Source of the DNA: an uncultured archaeon
GTDB lineage: Archaea > Thermoproteota > Bathyarchaeia > Bathyarchaeales > Bathycorpusculaceae
NCBI GenBank assembly: GCA_963782915.1
Contig: CAWALK010000020.1
Span: forward strand, 1-64,000
Direction: 5' to 3'
Length of the DNA: 64,000 nt
The number at the start of each line of letters is the position of its first letter. Position 1 is the stretch's first letter. Shown here in pieces: positions 8,682 through 17,271 of the stretch. The position numbers and the translations under genes are program-made. The notes beneath the pieces are model-generated. The model had not been told where the DNA came from. It did not search any database and saw only the letters and a list, made by a program, of their open reading frames with translations.

Positions 8682-9425
8682 ATGAGCATCTCCCACCGCT
8701 ATATGGAATTACTCGATCCTACTACGCCTGAAAAAATTATACAGCTCGGCAAACTGCTTAAGTTGAAAAAAGGCAGTCGAGTTATCGATTTAGGTTGTGG
8801 TTGTGCCCAACCTCTCACTCTCTGGGCTGAGGAATTCGGTATTACCGGTATTGGCATCGATATATCCAGGGATTTCTGCGACCGGGCTAGAGATAAGCTG
8901 GCCAAGAGAGGGTTGTCAGGCCAAATCGAAATCGTATGCTCTCCCGGGACTGACTACGTGTTCGAAGAGGGGGCTTTCGATGCCGCAACGTGTATTGGGG
9001 CAACTTTTGTTTTTGGCGGCTTCCAGCAGACAATCCAGGCGATGAAGCGGGCTGTGCATCAGAATGGCCGCCTAGGCATTGGTGAAACTCATTGGCTTAG
9101 CAATCAAGTACATCCGCAATATGCCCAAAAACAGGCAACTACATTTACGGAACCAGAACTGGCTCAATTTACCCGAAATGAAGGTTTTGAACTTGAATAT
9201 ATTATCCGTTCCAGCCGCGATGACTGGGACAGGTATGTTTCGGATAGTTGGTATGGGCTGATACGTTGGCTTGAGGAAAACCCCAACCATCCTGATTATG
9301 AACAGGTATTCAAATACTTCCGTTCTGACCAGGATGATTATTTAGAGTTCCAAAGTCGACATATGGGCTGGGCTATGTACTGTCTTGCCCCTCTGAAATC
9401 CCATTTGCCCGGCAATCGATTATAA
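8682..9425 (+). CDS. Class I SAM-dependent methyltransferase (YjhP-like)
   Basis: VIDLGCGC motif I, GIDIS, FDAATCIGA. Confidence 0.9.
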   Translation: MSISHRYMELLDPTTPEKIIQLGKLLKLKKGSRVIDLGCGCAQPLTLWAEEFGITGIGIDISRDFCDRARDKLAKRGLSGQIEIVCSPGTDYVFEEGAFDAATCIGATFVFGGFQQTIQAMKRAVHQNGRLGIGETHWLSNQVHPQYAQKQATTFTEPELAQFTRNEGFELEYIIRSSRDDWDRYVSDSWYGLIRWLEENPNHPDYEQVFKYFRSDQDDYLEFQSRHMGWAMYCLAPLKSHLPGNRL

Positions 9426-9802
9426 AATACGAAATTTGATCATGAGCTACCTTTTTTTGGGCAGGTTGCTTTTTTTATCAGTGTTTTATCAAGCGAACAA
9501 GCTTAATCATCAAAAAAACCTTTTGGGTTTAGTGGGCAGACGGTTTCTTGTGAATTCTTTTCTAAACTCAACATGCCTCCACATCCACACCGCGATGGAT
9601 TCAACATACAACTATGTTGAGTGTGTGGAGAAAAACAGGTATCCCACACCGAAACAGGCGCCAAAAAACGTTGCAAACCCAAAAACCAATCACCCCCAGT
9701 TGCAGTCTTGTGGAAAATTAAAAACCCCCACACCCACATAAAGACAAAAAAGCTGAATCGCCAAGAAAGCCCATGTTCTAAATGCACCAAAACCCTTCAG
9801 GA

Positions 9803-9935
9803 TCTGCTTGCAGAAACCACCGCAACCAGCCTGCAACGCTTATTCACGTCTGAACCAAAAAAACAGCCTATAACACAAAGCGTTGGTTGTTGTTGAAATA
9901 AGAGGGGGTCTTGGAGCAACAACCAATATAGAAAA
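9803..9935 (+). repeat. Dispersed intergenic element, copy A
   Basis: TCTGCTTGC..CAACCAGCC-N53-GGTTGTTGTTG..AGCAACAACC; homologous to 39046-39178 (-) and 11075-11190 (-). Confidence 0.8.
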
Positions 9936-9945
9936 CAGTAAGGGT

Positions 9946-9983
9946 TCGTGCAGGAGTAGCTTTGAGTTCCTAAAGCGCTGGAG
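9946..9983 (-). repeat. Decayed tRNA-Leu 3'-end copy plus class B flank
   Basis: tcgtgcaggagtagctttgagttcctaaagcgctggag aligns with the 3678 site including the non-tRNA flank cctaaaRcgctg. Confidence 0.6.
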
Positions 9984-10054
9984 GTACCACCGCACTCTGA
10001 TAGACTAATAAGATTGCTTGCATAGACGTAGAATAGTCTTTAAGGAGTGTTTTT

Positions 10055-10351
10055 ATGCCCATAACAATCGGTGTGCTATTTAGAAGAATTATCAAAGATT
10101 TACAAACAAAAGACAACAACCCAAACAGCATTCTGAATAACCCAAAAAGCGACTTATACAACCCAAACTACGACATCAACAACCCAAACAGCACAATCAA
10201 CAACCAACACAGCAGCATTAACGATGCCTCAAACACTGAAAAGAACAAGGAACAGCGAAGGGATGCTCTGCGAGAACTCCTCAGAATGTATCTGTCCGAC
10301 TATTTGTCTGAAGAACAAGCACAGAAACTTGTCGAAGAATATATTCCTTAA
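10055..10351 (+). CDS. Hypothetical Asn-rich protein with 7-aa NNPNS-type repeats
   Basis: NNPNSIL NNPKSDL YNPNYDI NNPNSTI NNQHSSI. Confidence 0.55.
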   Translation: MPITIGVLFRRIIKDLQTKDNNPNSILNNPKSDLYNPNYDINNPNSTINNQHSSINDASNTEKNKEQRRDALRELLRMYLSDYLSEEQAQKLVEEYIP

Positions 10352-10367
10352 TCTCTGGGTGGTTTTT

Positions 10368-10700
10368 TTGGAGTCAGATTTTATACGGGTTGCTAGTGCC
10401 TCAGAGATACAAGAAGGCAAAATGAAAAAGGTCACCTTAGACGGCAACGAGATCCTTATCGCTAATGTCGCGGGGAAATATTATGCTGTAAGTGGTATGT
10501 GTACTCATTTTGGGGGCGACCTGTCCGAGGGCGTCTTGGAAGGAAAAGTTGTTACTTGCCCAAATCATAAGGCAAGCTTTGATGTCACAACTGGCAAGGT
10601 GGTTTCGCCTCCCACTGAAGCATTAGGGCATCCTGACATCGAGGATTTGCCCACTTTTTTATTGAAAGTTGCCGATAATGATGTTTTTGTGAAGCCATAG
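10368..10700 (+). CDS. Rieske [2Fe-2S] ferredoxin
   Basis: CTH and CPNH boxes; TTG start at 10368. Confidence 0.9.
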   Translation: MESDFIRVASASEIQEGKMKKVTLDGNEILIANVAGKYYAVSGMCTHFGGDLSEGVLEGKVVTCPNHKASFDVTTGKVVSPPTEALGHPDIEDLPTFLLKVADNDVFVKP

Positions 10701-10731
10701 GTTAGTTGAAAACAAGAAAATTTAGTTATAA

Positions 10732-10819
10732 TGGTGCAGGGGGTGGGATTCGAACCCACGAACGCCTACGCGATAGGGTCCTAAGCCCTACTCCGTTGAC
10801 CTGGCTTGGAGACCCCTGC
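10732..10819 (-). tRNA. tRNA-Leu(TAG)
   Basis: GCAGGGG/CCCCTGC acceptor stem, CTTAGGA anticodon loop, long variable arm, GGTTCGAATCC, encoded CCA. Confidence 0.97.
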
Positions 10820-10985
10820 ACACTACTGCGCGATAGGAGAATGCTGTGCCTCCTTTAATATTTATTTGCCCCCAAAACCGCTTGGTTATGCGTTGAATCC
10901 CCATGTTTTTTCATGTTGATGGCGCTGCTTGACCGTAACCTCTTTATTATAAGTCGCATTTGTTTTGGAACAAGACTTAGAATTT

Positions 10986-11062
10986 GCCTTCGTAGCCTAG
11001 CCCGGTGGGGCGTTACCTTGGTAAGGTAATGGTCGCGGGTCCAAATCCCGCCGAAGGCTCCA
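10986..11062 (+). tRNA. tRNA-Thr(GGT)
   Basis: GCCTTCG/CGAAGGC acceptor stem, TTACC-TTGGTAA-GGTAA anticodon arm, T-arm GCGGG-TCCAAAT-CCCGC, encoded CCA. Confidence 0.95.
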
Positions 11063-11074
11063 ATTCTTCTAATC

Positions 11075-11190
11075 AGTTTTTTATTAGTTGAAGAAGGCAG
11101 AGAGCCCATATTCCCTTCTTCTTCCTGTGGACTTTGCTGGCGGTTGCTTCTCTGTGTTCACATCTGGTTTGGGTTGCTGGCTGGTTGTGG
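11075..11190 (-). repeat. Dispersed intergenic element, copy C (covariant stem)
   Basis: CCACAACCAGCCAGCAACCCAAACCA nearly identical to copy B; 53 nt after CAACCAGCC comes GGAAGAAGAAG, pairing with CCTTCTTC. Confidence 0.75.
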
Positions 11191-11276
11191 GTTGAGCCTC
11201 AAGTTATAATTTGATAATTCAACTTTTTTCAAACATGGAACAAAAATCTTCGGGGGCACCCGATATTCAAGAGCAG

Positions 11277-11310
11277 GGTCACGAGTCTCCAAATCCAGTC
11301 GAAAGCTACA
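11277..11310 (+). repeat. Decayed tRNA-Thr 3'-end copy (att-like)
   Basis: ggtcacgagtctccaaatccagtcgaaagctaca vs tRNA ggtcgcgggtccaaatcccgccgaaggctcca: 26/32 plus a 2-nt insertion. Confidence 0.7.
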
Positions 11311-11555
11311 ACTTTGCTGGTTCATTGGAAAGGCTTGATTTTTAGCCATTGTGGTTACGGTGATTAAAACGCCAGAATAATTCAAGATACCTTAAAAAAC
11401 GTTTTTATGCAATGAAGGGCGAGTGTTTTTAGTTAAAATTTGCTCCTTTCCAATACTGATAACGAATGAAATCATTCATTTTTTCCTTGATTGATTTTGG
11501 GGTTCTGGAGATGGTTGCAGAACTTCCGTTTCTGAATTAAGAGGCGAAGGAAATC

Positions 11556-12788
11556 ATGATAAAAAATAAATCCAACTCGAATTCTAAGAAAAAGAGAATT
11601 GCGTACTTGAGCACTTATCCGCCAAGAGAGTGCGGAATTGCCACTTTTGTAAAAGATCTTGTGGATTCCATTGAAGGGCTCCAGACGTTTAAGCCTCCGG
11701 TGCTGATTGCAGTTAACGATAAAGAGGTCTATGACTATAACAAACGGGTTAAGTGGCTAATCGAGCGAGATGAAGCTGAGTCGTATCTGGAAGTCGCAGA
11801 ACAAATAAACGCTTCAGACATTGATGTCGTCAACCTTCAGCACGAGTTCGGGTTGTTCGGAGGAGAGTATGGCGAGTATATTCTGCAGTTTTTAGACGAA
11901 ATTGAGAAACCGGTTGTAACTACTTTACATACGGTTCTTGAACACTTTGACCCAGAGCCCCTTGCTGTACTCAAAAAAGTCGTCTCTAAGAGTGCGGCAG
12001 TGGTAGTGATCGCAAATGTAGCACTCAAGGTTCTGGCAGATCAAGGTGTTATCCCCAGAAGAAAAGCTGTCATTCCACATGGATGCCCCCAAATTAACTT
12101 CATATCAAGACACAGGGCAAAAGAGGGCTTAGGGCTTAAAGGCCGTTTTGTGTTGACAACTTTCGGCCTGTTGAGCAGAAATAAAGGGATCGAGTATGCA
12201 ATTCAGGCTTTGCCCCAAGCTCTCGAAAAGCAACCAAATTTAGTTTATCTTGTAATCGGTGAAACTCACCCCCAGGTAAGAAAAAAAGAGGGCGAGAGTT
12301 ATCGAAATAAATTAATAAAACTCGTTAAAGAGCTCAACTTGGAAGAGCATGTTCTGTTCCAAAATCGTTTTCTCACCAAGCGAGAACTAATAAAATTCCT
12401 CCAAGCTACTGACATCTACATTACACCATACGTTTCAGCCAACCAAATTAGCAGCGGAACACTTGCGTATGCCCTCGGTGCAGGAAGCGCAATAATATCC
12501 ACGCCATATCTCCATGCACAGGAAAACTTGGCAGATAACCGTGGACTGTTTTCAGAATTCAGGAATCCTCGTTCGATAGCTGGCTGTATAGAAAAGCTGT
12601 TAGATGACGAGGTAAGAGAGGCTATGGAAAGAAAAAACTATGAGTATAGTAGGCGATTTACTTGGTCGAATGTGGCTCAGGAATACGCAAAAGTGTTTAA
12701 TCTAGTATCAGCTGAACCAAAGACTGCAAGAATTAAGGTTCGGGAGAAGGCGTTTGGAATTACAGTTTCTGAGCCTTTTATCCATTAG
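11556..12788 (+). CDS. Glycosyltransferase family 4
   Basis: STYPPRECGIATF, QHEFGLFGG, SSGTLAYA motifs. Confidence 0.92.
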   Translation: MIKNKSNSNSKKKRIAYLSTYPPRECGIATFVKDLVDSIEGLQTFKPPVLIAVNDKEVYDYNKRVKWLIERDEAESYLEVAEQINASDIDVVNLQHEFGLFGGEYGEYILQFLDEIEKPVVTTLHTVLEHFDPEPLAVLKKVVSKSAAVVVIANVALKVLADQGVIPRRKAVIPHGCPQINFISRHRAKEGLGLKGRFVLTTFGLLSRNKGIEYAIQALPQALEKQPNLVYLVIGETHPQVRKKEGESYRNKLIKLVKELNLEEHVLFQNRFLTKRELIKFLQATDIYITPYVSANQISSGTLAYALGAGSAIISTPYLHAQENLADNRGLFSEFRNPRSIAGCIEKLLDDEVREAMERKNYEYSRRFTWSNVAQEYAKVFNLVSAEPKTARIKVREKAFGITVSEPFIH

Positions 12789-12942
12789 AAGAGTTGTTCA
12801 CTGGTTTCATAGATTGTGGAAAAGCCCCGTTTCAATCGATAATGTTTGCTATGAACTTGGTTTATTCAAGAGTTGATTAACTTTCCTTTCTTTGGGTTTC
12901 TTTTAATTTGAGCCGTACATACATAAGCGTTAAAAGCTTGAC

Positions 12943-13131
12943 ATGCAAAGAGCTTGCGGAAAGAGAGAGAGTGGAACCATGTTAGATAACTTCAAAGACC
13001 AAGTGACAATGGAAGAGCAGCCATGTATGCAATGTAAAAAGTGCATGCCTGTTGAGTGGTTAAGTGCCAATTGCCCTTGTGTAATGCTGCGTATGTGGGA
13101 ACATTATATGATGCACACAAAGTACAAATGA
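12943..13131 (+). CDS. Small Cys-rich hypothetical protein
   Basis: 62 aa with CxxCxxC and CPC; start uncertain. Confidence 0.35.
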   Translation: MQRACGKRESGTMLDNFKDQVTMEEQPCMQCKKCMPVEWLSANCPCVMLRMWEHYMMHTKYK

Positions 13132-13336
13132 AAGGATACCGGCTTGCCCCCCGATTATGCTTGCACTTGGGTTACCGATGGTTAAAAAAAGAATACCCAC
13201 TTGAATGGACTTTAACTCTTAAGCGAAAATGTCAGTGGCTTCATTATTTATTGTCCAATTTCCCCCGTAAACAACTTTGAATTTCACCCTAATCAAAAGC
13301 TCTATTTTCATCGGTTTGATGAGGTTGGATTTATCT

Positions 13337-13378
13337 TTGGTAGGTAATGGTCGCGTGTCTAAATCCCGCCGGAAGCTC
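13337..13378 (+). repeat. tRNA-Thr 3'-half copy from the anticodon loop (att-like)
   Basis: ttggtaggtaatggtcgcgtgtctaaatcccgccggaagctc aligns to 11018-11060. Confidence 0.88.
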
Positions 13379-13455
13379 ATAAATTACTTCTTGGCTGTTT
13401 TTTGTATTTGGGTTTTCCCTAAACCTATTAAACAACAGAAAAGAAAGTAGAGTTA

Positions 13456-14088
13456 ATGAAAACCAAAATTGACCTCAACAATTGGCCCAGACGCGACTAC
13501 TACAAGTACTTCGGCAGCTGTGACGACCCCTTCTTTGGGGTAGTAGTCAACGTAGACTGCACCAAAGCTTACGATTACTGCAAGAAGCATGAGGTATCCT
13601 TCTTTCTCTATTACATGCATGAATCTATTAAGGCGATTAATCGGGTAGAAAATTTCCGATACCGCATCATCGATGGGGAAATCTGGCTCTTCGACTGTGT
13701 CCACGCCAGCTCAACAGTCGGCCGCAAAGACCACACCTTTGGCTTCGCCTTCTTCGACTTCACCGACGACTTCGCTAGCTTCATAGAGAACGCTGAGAAA
13801 AAAATCGCTGAAGTACAAGAATATCAGGGGCTCAAAATAAACGAGAATACACGGCTGGATGTTGTGCATTACACGACGTTTCCATGGTTTAGCTTCACGG
13901 GGTTTAAGCATGAAAAAAACATCCGCTGCGAAGAGAGTATCCCAAAACTTGCATTTGGGAAATTCTTTGAGTCACGAGGTAAAAAGTTGTTGCCGCATTC
14001 TATTAACGCTAATCATGGGTTAGTGGATGCGTACCATATTGGCAAATACTTGGAGTATTTCCAAGAAGGGCTAAACAAAAACCCATAG
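13456..14088 (+). CDS. cat: Chloramphenicol acetyltransferase (CatA-like)
   Basis: IDLNNWPRRDYY start, PWFSFT, IPKLAFGK, HGLVDAYH catalytic motif. Confidence 0.85.
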   Translation: MKTKIDLNNWPRRDYYKYFGSCDDPFFGVVVNVDCTKAYDYCKKHEVSFFLYYMHESIKAINRVENFRYRIIDGEIWLFDCVHASSTVGRKDHTFGFAFFDFTDDFASFIENAEKKIAEVQEYQGLKINENTRLDVVHYTTFPWFSFTGFKHEKNIRCEESIPKLAFGKFFESRGKKLLPHSINANHGLVDAYHIGKYLEYFQEGLNKNP

Positions 14089-14115
14089 CGTAAATGCATG
14101 TTTGGGTTAGGCTAC

Positions 14116-14227
14116 CTCTCAGCTGCTACCTCCCCTCCCTTATTTAAAGGGCCAAAGAGCCAATCTCAAAACGGCTTTTGTTGCTCTCAGATGACCCCCT
14201 ATCCTCTATAAAAAGGGGCCAAAGTGC
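14116..14227 (-). repeat. Two tandem short copies of the dispersed element
   Basis: ctctcagctgctacctcccctcccttatttaaagggccaaagagc and ttgttgctctcagatgaccccctatcctctataaaaaggggccaaagtgc. Confidence 0.65.
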
Positions 14228-14248
14228 ATATATATGCATATGCGCATA
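14225..14248. promoter_or_regulatory. Adjacent palindromes upstream of vapBC (likely autoregulatory operator)
   Basis: TGCATATATATGCA (14225-14238) and TATGCGCATA (14239-14248). Confidence 0.55.
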
Positions 14249-14268
14249 GCATTGGTTGGCGATAACGG

Positions 14269-14499
14269 ATGACTAAAGTAATTTCCCTCTCTGAGAAAGC
14301 ATACGAAACCCTCAAAAACATGAAGAAACCCGGAGAATCTTTCTCAGACGTAGTTCTAAGAGTTGCAAAGGAGAAAAAAAAGAAGTCCCTGCTGGAATTT
14401 TCAGGCACATGGGTAGGTGACGATGCTGACGAAGTATTAGCTCAGATAATGAAAGATAGAGAAAATTCTACATCTCGACGGGTTGACTTATTCGAATGA
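14269..14499 (+). CDS. vapB: VapB-family antitoxin
   Basis: TKVISLSEKAYETL..K..GESFSDVVLR; overlaps the toxin start (ATGA). Confidence 0.9.
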   Translation: MTKVISLSEKAYETLKNMKKPGESFSDVVLRVAKEKKKKSLLEFSGTWVGDDADEVLAQIMKDRENSTSRRVDLFE

Positions 14500-14885
14500 T
14501 CCTTGACACCGATTTACTAATCGCCTTACTGAATGGAGCACCAGCAGCAAATGAGGCAATGACTTGCTTAGAAGAAAATGGCGATTTGGTCCAAACCACA
14601 ATGCTCAACGTATATGAATTGCTCAGAGGTGCCGCGATTTCTAGCCACCCCGAAAAAAATTGGGCTCAAGTCCAAGAACTCCTATCTAACGTTGAGATTA
14701 TCGATTTAACAATACAAGCTTGCGAAGAAGGATCAAAGATTTACCGTGAACTCCGAAAATCCGGCTGCTTGATCGGCGAGTTTGATACATTAATTGCTGC
14801 AATAGCAAAAGCCACTGGTACAGCCGTTCTAACTCGAGATAACCACTTCACGTACATTCAAGAAATAACTGTTGTCAAATGGTAG
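14496..14885 (+). CDS. vapC: VapC PIN-domain toxin
   Basis: ILDTD, YEL, FDTLIAAIA, LTRD..F. Confidence 0.92.
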   Translation: MILDTDLLIALLNGAPAANEAMTCLEENGDLVQTTMLNVYELLRGAAISSHPEKNWAQVQELLSNVEIIDLTIQACEEGSKIYRELRKSGCLIGEFDTLIAAIAKATGTAVLTRDNHFTYIQEITVVKW

Positions 14886-15040
14886 TTCTCATAACCTTTG
14901 CTTCAGGTAATGCACACACTTCTTAAAGTACAACTTAGAATCCTGCCCTTTTTACCTTCTATAAAGTAATGATAGTTTATCTGGCAAGTTTTTTTAAGTC
15001 CATTGACGCCTTGACTGATTGAGAGAGGGAATCAAGGTAT

Positions 15041-15901
15041 ATGCAGCAACTAAAGAGCCAATCACTCACACAGCTCAACGTCGGCATAAACAGTCGAATG
15101 ATAAAGGAGGTATGTGGCGGTCCAATCTCTGCATGCGCCGTCGATTTAATTGAAGTTAACATCGGCGACTCCGGTGTCCTCCAAAAAGATGGTATAGATC
15201 AGAGGCGTCTCGAGGAATTTGCCACTTTAAGCAACGGCTTCTCTGTTCATGGCCCCTTCATTCAAGATTATTATGGCAACGCAGTTAATTGGGGCCTAAA
15301 GAGCGAGCGAAACTTTGAGGTCATGGAACGTGTCTTTAAAATTGCTGATTACCTCGGCGCAGAATGCGTCGTACTTCACGGTGACCAAGTCCAAAGTGAC
15401 CACCATGAAGCCTTCCTCAACGTCATCGACAACTTCAAGCGGCTATCAAAGATGGCGGCTGATTACTCACAGATAATCCTGTTTGAAAATGTGCATCGCC
15501 AAAAGAATGTTGACCGAATCGGAGTTTTGCCACTCGAGGTTTTGCAAGTGATTCAGGCAGTTAATGCCGAGAACCTGAAATTCTGCTTTGACATCGGCCA
15601 TGGTACACTCACCGCTAATGAGCACGGTTTTGACATCATAGAATTCGTTAAAACACTATCACCTTACCTCTATCATATGCATATCCATGACAATCAGGGC
15701 ATCCCCGAAGTGGTTGATGAACGATTTGGGGATCAGCATATGCCGCTGGGACAGGGCAAAGTTGAGTATCAAAGAATCTTCAAAGCGGTATCTGGCTTGG
15801 GTGTTAAGAACATGGTGTTGGAGCTTCGGCCTAAACATGGCAGGGCAGCGGCGGAAAAGAGTATCTCTATACTCAGGGCACACCAGAGCAACAAAGCTTA
15901 A
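15041..15901 (+). CDS. Sugar phosphate isomerase/epimerase (AP endonuclease 2 TIM barrel)
   Basis: FEN, CFDIGH, HMHIHDN, DQHMPLGQG, LE motifs. Confidence 0.88.
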   Translation: MQQLKSQSLTQLNVGINSRMIKEVCGGPISACAVDLIEVNIGDSGVLQKDGIDQRRLEEFATLSNGFSVHGPFIQDYYGNAVNWGLKSERNFEVMERVFKIADYLGAECVVLHGDQVQSDHHEAFLNVIDNFKRLSKMAADYSQIILFENVHRQKNVDRIGVLPLEVLQVIQAVNAENLKFCFDIGHGTLTANEHGFDIIEFVKTLSPYLYHMHIHDNQGIPEVVDERFGDQHMPLGQGKVEYQRIFKAVSGLGVKNMVLELRPKHGRAAAEKSISILRAHQSNKA

Positions 15902-15995
15902 CCTATTGCTTATATTGGCTGCTTTGCCGCGGGGGAACTATTTGGAAAAAGCTTCTTATGCCATGGCATCGAGTATCTCACAGAGAGGGTGAACC

Positions 15996-17271
15996 TTGGT
16001 TAGCTTCTCGTTTACCAAACGCGAGGTCATAAGTGTAGCTGTCTTGCTGCTAGCCGCCTTCATAGTTAGGGTTCTTCTGTTTCCTTTGCAAGGTTACCAA
16101 AATGACATGGCAACCTTCACTTACTGGTTCCACACAGCCACAACGCAGGGTATACGACCCTTCTACACCTACGTCATGGCAAACGTGGGCTGGGTAGATT
16201 ATCCACCTTTCAACGTTTATATCTTCTATGTGTTCGGCTCCTTAGCCAACGCAGTTTCTTCATGGGGCATAAGCGCTTCATACATCGTAAAGTTGGCGCC
16301 AACCCTCTTTGACATAGCCACCTCAGGCGTCATCTACCTCTTCGTCCGCAAACAACTAAGCCTTAAAGAAAGTCTCTTAACAACTGCGCTCTATGCCTTT
16401 AATCCAGCCATAATTTTTAACGTCGCTGTCTGGGGGCAATTCGATGCAATCTATACGTTCTTCCTCGTGCTCTCGCTTATGCTTGCTCTCAAACGCAAAC
16501 CCGAATTATCCGCAGTCATCTTCGCCATAGGGTTGCTGACTAAGCCTCAGGGCATAGCGTTGCTGCCGTTGATTGCGCTTGTGATTTATAAGAAGGATGG
16601 CTTAAAGCGGCTGCTGACTTCCGTGGTGGCTTTTACGGTTACGGTGTTCATTGTTATTTTGCCGTTTGAGTGGAGTAACCCCGTTTCTTTCCTAAGCGGC
16701 ATCTACTTTGGCGCATACGGCGGATACCAGTACACTTCGATTAACGCTTTCAATTTGTGGGGCATGTTTGGATTATGGATACCTGATGGGAACCTCTACA
16801 TCGTGGGCTGGGCGCTTTTCGGAGCCTTCGCAGCTTTCACATTGTATGTGTTGCATAAGCGGTTCCATGTGTCAGGGGATATGCTTGCGATATTCGCGGC
16901 TTTCCTGCTCTTCTTCGCTTTCTTCATGTTGCCCACAAGGATTCATGAACGGTACCTCTTCCCCGCCATCAGCATGCTCGTGTTGCTATTGCCGTTCTCC
17001 AAGAAAATCCGGCCGCTCTACGTGGCGTTAACAGCTACCTTATTTGTCAATGAAGCTTACGTGCTCTATTACCTTAACATGAACGCGTTTATTGCGCCGC
17101 GGAGATTGGGTGGTTCTAGCGGTAAGCGTTATTAATTTAGTGATGTTCCTTTATGCTTCAGTGCTCCTGTGGGATGAGCTAAAAGGTAGGCGGTTGCTTA
17201 AAACCGCTGAATCGCCAAACCCATCGGAGCAGTTGAGCCCAACTACAAAGAAAGGTGAGTTGCCGAAGTGA
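15996..17271 (+). CDS. GT-C fold membrane glycosyltransferase (frameshift near 17100)
   Basis: DYPP, WGQFD, TKPQ, HERYLFP motifs; multi-TM; tail continues to a TGA overlapping the next start. Confidence 0.8.

Noticed and set aside
9436-9896. Overlapping ORFs between the methyltransferase and site 9946
   Set aside because: No recognisable motifs, mutually overlapping, and partly made of the dispersed repeat
2356-10819. tRNA-derived repeats as a CRISPR array or as split/permuted tRNA genes
   Set aside because: Spacers are 0.6-2.6 kb and contain genes; the fragments lack 5' halves and complementary leaders, and an intact tRNA-Leu is present
10565-11109. ORFs 10565-10759 and 10855-11109 on the minus strand
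   Set aside because: Shadow translations overlapping tRNA genes and the Rieske gene
14905-14947. aggtaatg ... aatcctgcc as another tRNA-Thr fragment
   Set aside because: Spacing is 26 nt versus 12 in the tRNA and the middle does not align
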